Of a DNA stretch of 64,000 nt, positions 31,744 to 43,756 are shown piece by piece. The notes beneath the pieces were generated by a model. That model ran no database searches. It was given only the letters and a program-made list of their open reading frames with translations, and was not told where the DNA came from. A program made the translations under genes and the position numbers. Positions within the stretch are counted from its first letter, which is position 1. Each line of letters starts with the position of its first letter. Source of the stretch: Azonexus sp. (lineage in GTDB: Bacteria; Pseudomonadota; Gammaproteobacteria; Burkholderiales; Rhodocyclaceae); contig JAGOBB010000009.1 in NCBI GenBank assembly GCA_017983615.1, positions 6,257-70,256 on the forward strand, written 5' to 3'.

Positions 31744-33208
31744 GACGTTGAGTTCGGCATTGCGCCGCTACGGCATCGGCACCCATCCGCTGGAATGGCG
31801 GATACCGCCCATCGAGACCTACCCGCGCGTGGTCGCCTTCGCGCAGACTCTGGCCGGCAAACTGGTGCTGTTCGCGCTGGCCGCCGTGCTGCTGCGTTTC
31901 CTGGCCGACGGCCCGTGGATACCGGTCACGATTGCGGCCGCCGCGGTATCGTATGCAGGCCGCCACCGCCACTTCGCAGCGCTACTGGCAACAGGGGCAC
32001 TGCTTGGCCTAGCTCCGGACTGGTTCGAATACCGCGCAGTTTACCAAATCGCCGAACAGCAGGGACTCATCGACAGCCTGCGCCTCGGCTACGTGCGCGC
32101 CGGCACGCTGCTGGCCTGCGTTCCGCTCACTGTCGCCGTGCTCTGGCTGGCACGGCGTTATCGGGACCACCCGCTCGGGCAACGCCCGGTGCTCATACAG
32201 CACCTGGTCTTCATCGGCCTGGTCTGGCTGGCTGTGTCGCAACTGCTGCAAGGCATGGCGCTACTACTGCTGTGGAGCCTGATCGCCGTCTTCGCCGCCT
32301 ATTTCTGGTTTCTCGCCTACGCACTGATCGGCGCGCGGCACCGCGAACCGCCATCCATCCTGTTGCAACTGGCGACCTTTCATCCCTTTTTCGGATCGAC
32401 CGCCACGCCGATGGCCAAGGGTGCCACCAACTGGCGCAGCGTCGAGGCAGGCACCGACGAGGAGCTCGCCGTCACCCAGCTGAAGGGACTCAAGCTGCTC
32501 GCCTGGGCATTCTTTCTCAAGGCAGTGTTGTGGGCATTTCGCAAGGTCGTGTACGGCAAGCTCGGCGTCACACCCCTGATCGTCGCCTTCGAACGCTTCG
32601 TCAGCGATGGCATGGCCCCCGGCGCGATGGGGAGCCTGAGCATCGTGGCCAATTTCTTCGAACAAATACTGATTCTCGCCGTCTGGGGGCATGCCATTGT
32701 CGCCACCGGCCGGCTGGCCGGCTTCCGCCTGCTGCGCAACACCTGGCGGCCGCTGGCCTCACGCACGCTGGCGGAATTCTGGAACCGCTATTTCTATTAC
32801 TTCAAGGAAATAATGGTGCACGTCTATTTCTATCCGACCTACGTGCGCTTCTTCAAGCGTAGCCCGCGCTTGCGCGTGGCCTTCGCCACCTTCATGGCTG
32901 CCGGGGTCGGCAACTGGCTGTTCCATTTCATGCTGGAAAACTATCGGGTCGCCCAGGATGGCTTCGAAGTGTCGCTGGCGCACATGCAGACCTATGCCTT
33001 CTACTGTCTGCTGCTGGTCGGTGGCATTGTTTTCTCGCAATTGCGTGGGTGGCGTCCGGACCCGAACGCAGGTTGGCTACGCAACCGGTTCATTCCATCG
33101 TTGTCGGTGGCGCTGTTCTACTGCCTGCTGTCGTTTTTCGACGGCCCGCAGCGCCATGTTGCGCTGGAAGATCACTTCGCCTTCTTGTTCAAGGTATTGG
33201 GAGTCTAG
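31736..33208 (+). CDS. MBOAT-like membrane acyltransferase (DltB/AlgI-like)
   Basis: Polytopic membrane protein; GFRLLRN..RPLASRTLAEFWNRY and candidate catalytic His in NWLFH. Confidence 0.8.
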   Translation: MAETLSSALRRYGIGTHPLEWRIPPIETYPRVVAFAQTLAGKLVLFALAAVLLRFLADGPWIPVTIAAAAVSYAGRHRHFAALLATGALLGLAPDWFEYRAVYQIAEQQGLIDSLRLGYVRAGTLLACVPLTVAVLWLARRYRDHPLGQRPVLIQHLVFIGLVWLAVSQLLQGMALLLLWSLIAVFAAYFWFLAYALIGARHREPPSILLQLATFHPFFGSTATPMAKGATNWRSVEAGTDEELAVTQLKGLKLLAWAFFLKAVLWAFRKVVYGKLGVTPLIVAFERFVSDGMAPGAMGSLSIVANFFEQILILAVWGHAIVATGRLAGFRLLRNTWRPLASRTLAEFWNRYFYYFKEIMVHVYFYPTYVRFFKRSPRLRVAFATFMAAGVGNWLFHFMLENYRVAQDGFEVSLAHMQTYAFYCLLLVGGIVFSQLRGWRPDPNAGWLRNRFIPSLSVALFYCLLSFFDGPQRHVALEDHFAFLFKVLGV

Positions 33209-33210
33209 AC

Positions 33211-33468
33211 ATGCACCAGCAGGACTGGGTACGAATCAGGACATTCATCACGGAATTGCTTGGCGAACAGGATGATCGCGCTTCGTTCGCGGACGACGAG
33301 TCGCTGATCAAATCCGGCCGACTGGATTCGCTGGCCGTCACAAAGATGGTGATGTTTCTGGAAACCGACTTCGATGTGGATTTTGCCCGGATCGAATTCG
33401 ATCCGGAACGCTTCGATTCCGTAACCGAGATCGCGGCGGTGATCAAGGAATCGCGCGGCTTGCGCTAG
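33211..33468 (+). CDS. Acyl/aminoacyl carrier protein (DltC-like)
   Basis: 85 aa, acidic, SLIKSGRLDSL phosphopantetheine motif, FDSVTEI. Confidence 0.88.
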   Translation: MHQQDWVRIRTFITELLGEQDDRASFADDESLIKSGRLDSLAVTKMVMFLETDFDVDFARIEFDPERFDSVTEIAAVIKESRGLR

Positions 33469-34454
33469 GCCGCGAAGCGCCGCACCCAGGAATTCACAGC
33501 GCTGCTGTCGCCGAGAAAGTAGGAGTGACACTGCTCACCCCGGGCATAGGGCGGCCAGCGCAGGAGCAGTTCATGGGCGCGCGGCATGGCGTGAAAGGGA
33601 AGTCCCGGCGCCAGGTGATGCAGCAGGTGATAGCCATTGTTGTGGGGATGGAAGATCTCGGCCACCGTGCCGCCAATCGGATGATTGCGGCTGAAGGCAA
33701 CGAGGCCGTTCGGAATGAGGCCGACATGATCCGAGATTTCCCGGAATGCCGTGATCACATGGAAGGCCGTGGCCCTCGCCCCCACCCAGAGGGCGAGGAA
33801 GACCAGTGCAGCGTTTGCCCCCCAAATGAGGGTAATCAGACCTAGCACTGTTGCCCACCAACCCAGGACGCCAAGGAGCGACACCCCGTTCATGCGTGTC
33901 AGATGCGCGAGAAACGAAGCGCGGAACATGCGCAGCGATAGGATCTGATCGAGCCAGACCGGGAGCCAGCCGCGCGACAGCCCGGTTTCGTCATGGATGA
34001 AATCCGGGTCGCGGGCGGGGTCACCGAGAAAGCGGTGGTGGTGGGTGTGGTCATCGCGGTAGATCGCCATGGATACCCAGAGCGGCCAGCAAAACAAAAC
34101 ATTGGCGAGAGCCACCGAACGGCTCCGGCTGGCTGCCAATCCCCGGTGCGAGGCGTCATGAAGTATATTACCCAGCGCCCGCTGGCGGTTTCCGATCACC
34201 AGCAAAGCGACCGGCGTTGCCACCCAGCCGAAGACAAGGGTCGCGGACGTTGCCAGCGCAATCAGCAACCAGTCACCGGCCACCGCCAGCAGCGCGCGGT
34301 ACACGCGGGGACGATGCAGCGCCACCAGCTCCCCGGAGATGTCGTTGTCCCGGGCAAATTTCCACATCTCGGCGATTTCGGCCAACATCGCCTCGCGTCG
34401 TCCGGAACGCCGCTCAGGCAAATCAGAAGTGGCTGATTTCAGGTTTGTTGGCAT
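33465..34454 (-). CDS. Membrane di-iron desaturase/hydroxylase, RtxC (rhizobitoxine desaturase)-like
   Basis: His boxes HDASH, HTHHH, HLLHH; RQRAL..ILHD and GDPARDPD signature. Confidence 0.85.
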   Translation of the reverse strand: MPTNLKSATSDLPERRSGRREAMLAEIAEMWKFARDNDISGELVALHRPRVYRALLAVAGDWLLIALATSATLVFGWVATPVALLVIGNRQRALGNILHDASHRGLAASRSRSVALANVLFCWPLWVSMAIYRDDHTHHHRFLGDPARDPDFIHDETGLSRGWLPVWLDQILSLRMFRASFLAHLTRMNGVSLLGVLGWWATVLGLITLIWGANAALVFLALWVGARATAFHVITAFREISDHVGLIPNGLVAFSRNHPIGGTVAEIFHPHNNGYHLLHHLAPGLPFHAMPRAHELLLRWPPYARGEQCHSYFLGDSSAVNSWVRRFAA

Positions 34455-34487
34455 GGTTCGGGAAGCATTGCGGATTGATAGCCAATT

Positions 34488-34892
34488 TCACAGGCTGAGC
34501 ACCTCGTGCCCGCCCGCGGAGAGGGCAAGGATCGCCCGATTTATGTCGACACTTTTCACCAGAATGTAATCGGTATCGTAGGTCGACACGGCGAAGATGC
34601 TGACGTCGGCGTCAGCCAGTATCTGCGCGAGTTCGGCGAGCACGCCGACCAGGGTGAATTCCAGCTTGCCAGCGATGCGTAGGCAGGACCAGCCAGGTTC
34701 ACACTCCCACGGGCCGAAATCCATTTCCTGCGGCGCAATGATCGACAGCTCATCGTCGCTGCGCGTGACCGAGTACCAGGCTGCCAGACGCAATGCAGCG
34801 AAGTCGACCGATACGTCCGGAGGCAGACGATGAATGGCAAAGCTCTCCGGCCTGAGCAGCAAGCGGAGTCCGGTTGTCCCGCGGCGTTTCAC
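34488..34892 (-). CDS. ACT-domain protein (ACT_7/CASTOR-like)
   Basis: SVTRSDDELS, GKLEFTLVGVLA, IFAVSTYDTDYILVK. Confidence 0.85.
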   Translation of the reverse strand: MKRRGTTGLRLLLRPESFAIHRLPPDVSVDFAALRLAAWYSVTRSDDELSIIAPQEMDFGPWECEPGWSCLRIAGKLEFTLVGVLAELAQILADADVSIFAVSTYDTDYILVKSVDINRAILALSAGGHEVLSL

Positions 34893-35253
34893 GTCAGCAT
34901 CTCCCTCGACCTACAACGTCCGACCACATGCCCCCCTGCACCTTTTGAAGCCATGAATATGAGATTTTCCAACGGACAGAGCGCAATTCGCCAGTATTTT
35001 ACTCAATAAAAAGCAAATGGTTTGGCAGCACGAACACCCTCAGGGAAGAGACGCCATCGTGATCGATCCGACGCATCATCCGTAGCGGTGGCGGCTTACA
35101 AAAGCTCACACAACACTAGGGAAACTTGTGAGATATTCCGCCCCCGACACCATGCTTCCAGGAAGACTCATTCGGGTTTGCAGTGCAGAGAAACAAGAAA
35201 CCCCGCTGTTCTCAAGCCAATGATTGGCAAGGAAAAACGGGGCTCTATTGTGG

Positions 35254-35342
<89 letters not shown>

Positions 35343-35368
35343 GCGGGACCGAAATAATATCACAACAG

Positions 35369-36907
35369 ATGCGCTGGATAAAACGACTATTGACGTTTTC
35401 AGGACTCCTGATCGCTGCTGGCTGCGGCGATGTCGGGTCGCATCTGCCGTTTCCGACGCCGGCCCAGCATGACCTGGTCGTCCTGACCCGCCCGGGACTT
35501 ATGACCTACACGACGGACGAGAACGGCAATCCGGCCGGACTCGAATACGACCTGACCCAAGCCTTTGCCCGCGAACTCGGTGTTGACGTCAAATACATCG
35601 TCGTCGAACCGGAGGAACTTGAGGCCAGGCTGGCCGGCAGCAAATACCACCTGGCCGCCGCCTGGCTGTCGCCGGGGAGCGATGACAATCAGGCGACGCC
35701 GGCCATTTTCCAGACCCGCGATATCCTGGTCCAGCACGAAGCCTCGCTGCCGCTATCGGAACAGTCGCAACTGGCGGGCAAGACCGTTCATGTCATAGCC
35801 GGTTCGCGCCAGGCCGCAACCCTGCAAAGGATTGCGCGGGCGATTCCTGATCTGAAGGTCGTCGAAGTTGGCCAGGGCACCAACCTCGACCTGCTGGAAA
35901 AGCTCGGCGACCGGCAGATCGATTTCGCTGCCATCGATGAGAGCTTTGAGGACATCGCCAACCAGTACGTTCCCAGCCTGCGCGCCACCCTGCCGCTGGG
36001 CGACAGCGAACCGGTGGTCTGGCTGCTCGGCCGGCATCCCAATACGGAGCTGAAGGCGCGTCTCGACGCTTTTATCGAACGCGTCCAGCACGACGGTACA
36101 CTGGCCCGTCTGGAAGATCGCTACCTGGGTCATGTCCGGCGGCTGAATCAGCCGGACATCGTCAAGTTCCTCGGTGAAATCGAAACCACCCTGCCCAAGT
36201 TCCGCAAGTACTTCCAGGCGGCGCAGGCGCTGACCGGCCTCGACTGGCGACTGATCGCCGCCATTGCCTACCATGAGTCGCACTGGGACCCGAACGCGAC
36301 CAGCTACACCAATGTGCGTGGCATCATGATGTTGACCGAGGAAACCGCCGACCGACTGGAGGTCGGCAACCGGCTCGATCCGAGCGAGAGCATCCTGGCC
36401 GGTGCGCGCTATCTCAACCTGCTCAAGGAACAACTACCCGATGAAGTTGAAGAGCCGGACCGTACCTGGCTGGCGCTTGCCGGCTACAACATCGGCCCAG
36501 GTCATCTCAGCGCGGCGCGAACGCTGGCCCGGCAACTGAAAGCGGACCCGAATGCCTGGTACGAAATGAAGGGCGTCCTGCCCAGGCTGGCCCAGGCGAA
36601 GTATTTCCAGCAGCTGAAGACAGGCCGGGCACGCGGCGGCGAAGCGGTCATCCTGGTCGAGAATATCCGCAGCTACTACGACATCCTACAGCGCAATGCG
36701 CAGCCGTTTGCACCGACGCCCCGTGCGGCTGAAAGCCTGAAGCGTCTGGTCATTGAAGTCGAGGAACGGCGCAAAGCCTATGTCAAGAGAACAACTGCGG
36801 CTCGCTCGATTTCAGCTATGGAGGCTGAGCAAACCACCGATCCGGGCATCAAGCTGCCAACAACCGGAAACACCCCGGGCCTCGCCGTAACGGCCGAGCT
36901 GGACTAA
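35369..36907 (+). CDS. mltF: Membrane-bound lytic murein transglycosylase F
   Basis: SBP-like N-domain (GLEYDL), [28 protein letters not shown]. Confidence 0.9.
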   Translation: MRWIKRLLTFSGLLIAAGCGDVGSHLPFPTPAQHDLVVLTRPGLMTYTTDENGNPAGLEYDLTQAFARELGVDVKYIVVEPEELEARLAGSKYHLAAAWLSPGSDDNQATPAIFQTRDILVQHEASLPLSEQSQLAGKTVHVIAGSRQAATLQRIARAIPDLKVVEVGQGTNLDLLEKLGDRQIDFAAIDESFEDIANQYVPSLRATLPLGDSEPVVWLLGRHPNTELKARLDAFIERVQHDGTLARLEDRYLGHVRRLNQPDIVKFLGEIETTLPKFRKYFQAAQALTGLDWRLIAAIAYHESHWDPNATSYTNVRGIMMLTEETADRLEVGNRLDPSESILAGARYLNLLKEQLPDEVEEPDRTWLALAGYNIGPGHLSAARTLARQLKADPNAWYEMKGVLPRLAQAKYFQQLKTGRARGGEAVILVENIRSYYDILQRNAQPFAPTPRAAESLKRLVIEVEERRKAYVKRTTAARSISAMEAEQTTDPGIKLPTTGNTPGLAVTAELD

Positions 36908-36950
36908 GCGGCCAGCAGGCACTAGAGGCGTTTGGCCCGGACCGAAACGA

Positions 36951-38252
<1,302 letters not shown>

Positions 38253-38412
38253 TTATGAACCCGCGATTATACGCGAGGGCCTGCGGGCAGTGCCGGCCGA
38301 CCGGGCAGATTGCCCGATCTGAGCCCGACCACATCCCGGTTGCTATGCCATCGCCTAAAATGGAAGCATAAACAACGGTTCCCCGTGCGAACCGCCTAAA
38401 ACGGAGACAAAC

Positions 38413-40605
38413 ATGGGTAAATGCCGAAATGCTACGGTCGCCCCGAAATTTTGGCCAAAACCGGAATCGTTCGGCTCGCTGCTGCACTGGCTTCTGGCGT
38501 TCTTCTGCCTTGTCAGCAGCACCTCGGCCCTGGCAGGCAGCCTGAGCAAAGCCGACATCGAACGCCGCTTCGGCCCGCCGTTGCATGTCCAGGAAAAACT
38601 CACAGAAATCCCCGCCTGGCCGCTGACCAGCGAACTGGAACCGGAAGGCGGCCCGGTCGGCTACGTCTTCGAATCGGTCGACCTGGCACCCATTCCCGGC
38701 TTCGAGGGAACGCCGATGAATTTCCTGGTCTCGATCGACCGCAAGGGCAATTTCATGGACGTCGAGCTACTCCACCAGCACGAGCCGGTCTTTCTCGGCG
38801 GCCTGGGCGAAGCCCCGCTGCGCGAGTTCGTCACCCAGTACGCCGGCCGCAACATCAAGCAGCAGTTCCTGATCGCCCTCAACGCCGCACGCAATCGCAC
38901 CGGCCCATCCAGTGGGCAGAATTTCCAGACCACGCTGGACGGCGTCGCCAAAGCCACCGCCTCGGTACGCATCGTCAACCAGAGCGTGCTGGGTGCGGCG
39001 CTCGAAGTCGCCCGAGCCAAGCTGGGCTTTTCCGCCCGCAAGGAGCGCGGCCCGGTAGCCCATGCGCTACCCGACGTCTACGAACCCGTTGCCTTTGCCG
39101 AGATGCTGAAAAACGGCATGGTCGGCCGCCTGCGCCTGACCAACGCCGAGGTTGAGAAACTGTTCGCCGGCACCGACGGCGCCGGCGTGGACGACGAAGC
39201 GCTGGCCAAGCCCGACGATGTCTTCGTCGACCTCTACATCGCCTACCTGAACACCCCGACCATCGGCCGCGCCATCCTTGGTGACGCCCAGTACAAGACC
39301 GTCATCGACCGGAATTTCGACAACGAGCACCTGTGGTGGATCGCCACGGCCGGCCGCTACCCCTTTGTCGACGACGCCTTCGTCCCCGGCGCCCAGTCCC
39401 GTCGCCTGACCCTGGCTCAGGACGGGTACTTTCTGGAAGCGCGGGATCAGGGATTCGAACCGTCGGTTTCGGTCGCCGGTGCCGACCTGAATACCTCGCT
39501 GATCTTCGGCGTCTTCTCCGAAGCCGGCCTCGACCCGGCCCGCCCCCTCGACCTGGCGCTGACCATCAGCCGCGCCAAGGGCATGATCCTGCCCATCATG
39601 ACCCACAAGCAGGCCACACTGTCCTACTCGCCGCCCAAGAGCCTGTTTGTCTATCCGCCGGAGCCGACCCCTGAATGGCTGCTCGCCTGGCAGGCGCGCT
39701 GGCTTGAACTGACCATCATCAGCGCCGCCCTCGCCCTGCTCTCCGTCGTTCTCGCCCGGCCGCGCTGGATCTCGGTCGAACCGCGCCGGCTGGCAATCTT
39801 CCGCCTCGGCTTCCTGGCCTTCACGCTTCTCTATCTCGGCTGGTACGCGCAGGGGCAGCTGTCGATGGTCCAGATTACCGGCGCCATCAAGTCGCTGAAG
39901 GCCGGCCAGGGGCTGTCCAGCTACCTCTACGACCCGATCTCGCTACTGCTGATCGCCTTCACGCTGGTCAGCTTCTTCGTCTGGGGCCGCGGCACCTTCT
40001 GCGGCTGGCTTTGCCCCTTCGGCGCCCTGCAGGAATTCATCGGCAAGCTGGCCAAACTGCTGCGCCTGCCGCAGGTCAAAATCCCTCTGGCGCTGGCCAA
40101 GAAACTGGAATGGGGACGTTATCTGGTCCTCGCCGTATTGGTCGGCGCGGCCTTCCTGCTGCCGCGCCAGGGCGAAACCTTGAACGAGGTCGAACCCTTC
40201 AAGACGGCGATCACCGTCGGCTTCGACCGCACCTGGCCCTTCGTCGCCTACGCGGTGGGGCTGCTGGTCGCCGGGGCGTTCTACTACAAATTCTTCTGCC
40301 GCTTCATCTGCCCGCTCGGCGGCGCCATGTCGCTCGGCGGCCGCCTGCGCCGCTGGAACTGGCTGCCTCGCCGCGCCGAATGCGGCAAGCCCTGCCAGCG
40401 CTGCAAGGTGGTCTGCGAATACGATGCCATCGAGCCGACCGGCGAAATTCGCTACGACGCCTGCTTCCAGTGCCTGGACTGCGTCGGCATCTACCACGAC
40501 GACCGGCGCTGCGTCCCGATCATGATCTACGACAAGCGCGGCAAGACTTTGACGCCGCGGGCGAGCGGCAAATCAGGCGGGACGACGGCGGAACAAGCCG
40601 CGTAG
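38413..40605 (+). CDS. NosR/NirI-family FMN-binding, 4Fe-4S membrane protein
   Basis: DGVAKAT FMN-binding-like motif, FCGWLCPFG, FCRFICP, two ferredoxin-like Cys motifs. Confidence 0.88.
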   Translation: MGKCRNATVAPKFWPKPESFGSLLHWLLAFFCLVSSTSALAGSLSKADIERRFGPPLHVQEKLTEIPAWPLTSELEPEGGPVGYVFESVDLAPIPGFEGTPMNFLVSIDRKGNFMDVELLHQHEPVFLGGLGEAPLREFVTQYAGRNIKQQFLIALNAARNRTGPSSGQNFQTTLDGVAKATASVRIVNQSVLGAALEVARAKLGFSARKERGPVAHALPDVYEPVAFAEMLKNGMVGRLRLTNAEVEKLFAGTDGAGVDDEALAKPDDVFVDLYIAYLNTPTIGRAILGDAQYKTVIDRNFDNEHLWWIATAGRYPFVDDAFVPGAQSRRLTLAQDGYFLEARDQGFEPSVSVAGADLNTSLIFGVFSEAGLDPARPLDLALTISRAKGMILPIMTHKQATLSYSPPKSLFVYPPEPTPEWLLAWQARWLELTIISAALALLSVVLARPRWISVEPRRLAIFRLGFLAFTLLYLGWYAQGQLSMVQITGAIKSLKAGQGLSSYLYDPISLLLIAFTLVSFFVWGRGTFCGWLCPFGALQEFIGKLAKLLRLPQVKIPLALAKKLEWGRYLVLAVLVGAAFLLPRQGETLNEVEPFKTAITVGFDRTWPFVAYAVGLLVAGAFYYKFFCRFICPLGGAMSLGGRLRRWNWLPRRAECGKPCQRCKVVCEYDAIEPTGEIRYDACFQCLDCVGIYHDDRRCVPIMIYDKRGKTLTPRASGKSGGTTAEQAA
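38427..38440 (+). repeat. Dispersed motif copy 9
   Basis: AAATGCTACGGTCG ccccg AAATTTT ggcc AAAA; in the leader peptide (NATVAPKFWPK). Confidence 0.9.
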
Positions 40606-41154
40606 CAAGCGCCAGAAGCGGAGCAGCAGCCAGCCGGCAATGACCAGAAAGATTGCCAGCAGGCCGAGGAACAGTGCCGGCGAAGCCAGCATCGCCCACA
40701 GCCCGCCGAGCACCATGCCCTCCTCGCTGAACGAGGCAAGCCAGTTCGAGAACGGCTCCGGCGAGGTGTTGATCGCCAACCGGCTGCCGGCCTTGGCGAA
40801 ATGCGTGCCGGCCGTGATCGTGCCGCCGATCAGGCCGGCAGCGAGCGTCCAGGCCGGATCGACCTCGCCGATCGCGAAGGCGGCCAGCAAGGCACCGGCC
40901 GGGATGCGAATGAAGGTTTGGAAACCGTCCCACAGCGAATCGAAAGCCGGCAACTTGTCGGCGATCAACTCGGCAAAAGCCATGATGCCGGCGACCGCGA
41001 TGACCAGCGGGTTCTGCAGCACGGCCAGCGTGTCCGGCAGGTGCAGGACGCCGAAATGGCTCAACACACCAGCGAGAAAAACCACCAGATAGAGCCGCAG
41101 CCCACTGGCCCAGGCCAGGCCGGCGGACAGGGCGATGGTCTGGATCAGGTCCAT
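40573..41154 (-). CDS. DUF4126-family membrane protein
   Basis: GLAWASGLRLY, ADKLPAFDSLWD, NTSPEPFSN. Confidence 0.85.
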   Translation of the reverse strand: MDLIQTIALSAGLAWASGLRLYLVVFLAGVLSHFGVLHLPDTLAVLQNPLVIAVAGIMAFAELIADKLPAFDSLWDGFQTFIRIPAGALLAAFAIGEVDPAWTLAAGLIGGTITAGTHFAKAGSRLAINTSPEPFSNWLASFSEEGMVLGGLWAMLASPALFLGLLAIFLVIAGWLLLRFWRLLRGLFRRRPA

Positions 41155-41204
41155 GGCTGCTCAGCTCCGCCCGGCGGCCATGGCTCGGAAGGAATGACAG
41201 CGCC

Positions 41205-42542
41205 TCATTTCTTGCCGGCCTTGCGATCCAGTTCGCGCAGGTGAGCCAGCTTCTCGGCGATCTTGCCCTCCAGGCCGCGCGGCGTTGGTTCGTACCAGCC
41301 CGGCTCGGCCAGCCCATCCGGCAGGTAGCTTTCGCCGGCGGCGTAAGCTTCCGGCTCGTCATGGGCGTAGCGGTAGGCGTGGCCGTGGCCGAGTTCCTTC
41401 ATCAGCTTGGTCGGCGCGTTGCGCAGGTGGTTGGGCACCGGTCGCGAACCGTCCTGCTTCACGAAGGCGCGCGCCGCGTTGTAGGCGTTGTAGCCGGCGT
41501 TCGACTTGGCGGCGACAGCCAAATAGGTCACCGCCTGGGCCAGCGCCAGTTCGCCCTCCGGCGAGCCGAGGCGCTCGTAGGTGGCGGCCGCGTCGTTGGC
41601 AATCTGCATGGCGCGCGGATCGGCCAGGCCGATGTCTTCCCAGGCCATGCGGATGATGCGCCGGGCCAGGTAGCGCGGGTCGGCACCGCCGTCGAGCATG
41701 CGGCAAAACCAGTACAGCGCGCCGTCCGGGCTGGAGCCGCGCACCGACTTGTGCAGCGCCGAAATCTGGTCGTAGAAGGCGTCGCCGCCCTTGTCGAAGC
41801 GGCGCAGGTTCTGCGCCATGGTTTCTTCGATAAATTGACCATCGACCGTAGCATTTCCGGCCGTATGCGCCGCAGTCCGTACCTGTTCGACCAAGTTCAG
41901 AAGGCGACGGGCATCGCCGTCGGCCAGGCCGATCAGGCGCGTACGTGCATCGGCATCGAAGCTCAGATCGGCCAGCGCCTTCTCGCAGGCGCGGTCGAAC
42001 AGTTGGCCCATTTCGGCCTCATCGAGCGACTTCAGTACATAGACCGAAGCCCGCGACAGCAAGGCGGAATTGACCTCGAACGAAGGGTTCTCGGTTGTCG
42101 CCCCGATGAAGGTCAGCAAGCCTGATTCGACGAACGGCAAGAAGCCGTCCTGCTGCGCCTTGTTGAAGCGATGAATTTCATCGACGAACAGAATGGTCCG
42201 CTTGCCCTGCGCCCGCCACATCTCGGCCTGCGCCACCGCCTCGCGAACTTCCTTGATGCCGGAAAAGACGGCGGACAGCGCGATGAACTCACATTTAAAC
42301 TGCGTCGCCATCATCCGCGCCAGCGTCGTCTTGCCAACGCCCGGCGGCCCCCAGAGGATCATCGAATGCGGCAGGCCAGACTCGAAAGCCAGGCGCAACG
42401 GCTTGCCCGCCCCGAGCAGGTGCTGCTGGCCGATAACCTGATCCGGCGTCTGCGGCCGAAGCTGTTCAGCAAGGGGAGCATGGACCGAAATGCTACGGTC
42501 ACCGGGAGACTCAGCCGAATTTTGGGAAAACAGGTCGTTCAA
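41205..42542 (-). CDS. rarA: Replication-associated recombination protein A (MgsA)
   Basis: [48 protein letters not shown]; TTG start inferred. Confidence 0.95.
   Translation of the reverse strand: MNDLFSQNSAESPGDRSISVHAPLAEQLRPQTPDQVIGQQHLLGAGKPLRLAFESGLPHSMILWGPPGVGKTTLARMMATQFKCEFIALSAVFSGIKEVREAVAQAEMWRAQGKRTILFVDEIHRFNKAQQDGFLPFVESGLLTFIGATTENPSFEVNSALLSRASVYVLKSLDEAEMGQLFDRACEKALADLSFDADARTRLIGLADGDARRLLNLVEQVRTAAHTAGNATVDGQFIEETMAQNLRRFDKGGDAFYDQISALHKSVRGSSPDGALYWFCRMLDGGADPRYLARRIIRMAWEDIGLADPRAMQIANDAAATYERLGSPEGELALAQAVTYLAVAAKSNAGYNAYNAARAFVKQDGSRPVPNHLRNAPTKLMKELGHGHAYRYAHDEPEAYAAGESYLPDGLAEPGWYEPTPRGLEGKIAEKLAHLRELDRKAGKK
41843..41856 (-). repeat. Dispersed motif copy 10
   Basis: AAATGCTACGGTCG atggtc AATTTAT cg AAGAAA; in rarA (GNATVDGQF). 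Confidence 0.9.
42488..42501 (+). repeat. Dispersed motif copy 11
   Basis: AAATGCTACGGTCA; first tract absent, second (AATTTT) present; antisense in the rarA N-terminus (GDRSIS). Confidence 0.85.
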
Positions 42543-42683
42543 GGCCACTTCCATCAATTTCAGGCACGAGACAACAATTCGCCTGGCACGCCAATCATGG
42601 CGCCGCCCCGGACCCTCAATGGCCCAACAAACTCGCCGGCGCACGAAGGGGCTGTCGGGTGCAACTGTCGTCATCCAAATAGC

Positions 42684-42709
42684 AACGGGGGCATCTCTGC
42701 CCCCGTTTT
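42684..42709. terminator. Hairpin, possible terminator between the PEP-CTERM gene and rarA
   Basis: AACGGGGGCA-TCTC-TGCCCCCGTT. Confidence 0.55.
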
Positions 42710-42820
42710 CAAAAGCCATACAAGAATGATACGCCGTCCAGTTCAGGAAAAAAACCTTCCTGAACGGCATCACCCGCGATTAGCGGATCTCAATTCCATC
42801 CTGGCTCAATATCGAGCATA

Positions 42821-43429
42821 TTACTTGCGACGACGCGATGCACCCAGACCAGCAACAGCGAGTGCAACCAGTGCCAGCGAACCCGGTTCGGGGATGGGAT
42901 TGGAACCGGCAACATAGGTGAAGTCATCGACGATCACCCAATCATAACCACCAATCGAAGTCAGTTCGACGCGAGAAATATTGGCGTTGGAGGCGCCGTA
43001 GAACTCGGAGAACGAAGCACCAGCGCTACCGCCAACAAACACCACAGATTCCAGGAGAGTGTTCGAAGCATCGTACAGGGAGACATTCCAGCTCGGATTG
43101 GCTGCACCCCAATCCATACCGAACGCAGAAACCGGGTTGGCAAATGCGATGGAGAAGGAGCTAACGGTCGTATCGCGAGTCGTCAGCGTCTGACCGCTAC
43201 CAAGCCAGGAGGAACCGCCTTCGCCAAAAGGCGCAATACGCAGGGTTCCACCAGTCGTGGAGAAGGTAACGTCACCAACCGTGTAGCTGCTTGCATTTCC
43301 GTCAGCCATACCGGTGAAATTGATAACCGAACCACCAGCCAGTGCGGGATCAGCACTCGAAGAAATCAAAGCAGCGTGGCTCAGTGAAGAGAAACAGACC
43401 AGACCGGCAACCAACAACTTTTTCATCAT
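42821..43429 (-). CDS. PEP-CTERM sorting-domain secreted protein
   Basis: Signal peptide; Ser/Thr/Gly-rich body; C-terminal IPEPGSLALVALAVAGLGASRRRK. Confidence 0.93.
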   Translation of the reverse strand: MMKKLLVAGLVCFSSLSHAALISSSADPALAGGSVINFTGMADGNASSYTVGDVTFSTTGGTLRIAPFGEGGSSWLGSGQTLTTRDTTVSSFSIAFANPVSAFGMDWGAANPSWNVSLYDASNTLLESVVFVGGSAGASFSEFYGASNANISRVELTSIGGYDWVIVDDFTYVAGSNPIPEPGSLALVALAVAGLGASRRRK

Positions 43430-43465
43430 TTTTCCCCTTGTAAGTTAAAAAACCGAATCTTAAAA

Positions 43466-43551
43466 AGCAATTATCGCACCATGCAAATAACACACTGATT
43501 TTTCTGAAATAAGCATTCCATGATCTGCCAATGCTGTCAGGTTTTCCGACA
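43466..43551 (-). promoter_or_regulatory. Sigma54 promoter with IHF site and enhancer for the PEP-CTERM gene
   Basis: TGGTGCG-ATAA-TTGCT (-24/-12; 43466-43481), AATCAG-TGTG-TTA IHF-like site (43488-43500), TGT-N11-ACA (43535-43551). Confidence 0.8.
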
Positions 43552-43756
43552 GTTAACCGGATCGAAGATGGCAGTATCGGCAGGATGTCCTCGCCAAAAA
43601 CCCTCCTTCGTATGCAACTTGAATCGCATCAGACTATCCAATCCACTGCCAAGCAGGAATCAGCCGAGAATTGCCTACTCAGCCAAGGACGAAGGATCAC
43701 CCGTTTCGCCCGCCGACCTATCTCGCACATCCAAATTTCACCAAGGAGAATCGATC

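Noticed and set aside
34516-34525. GCGGAGAGGG matching the tRNA-Ser 3' end as a possible att repeat
   Set aside because: Only 10 bp, inside the ACT gene and not at the block boundary.
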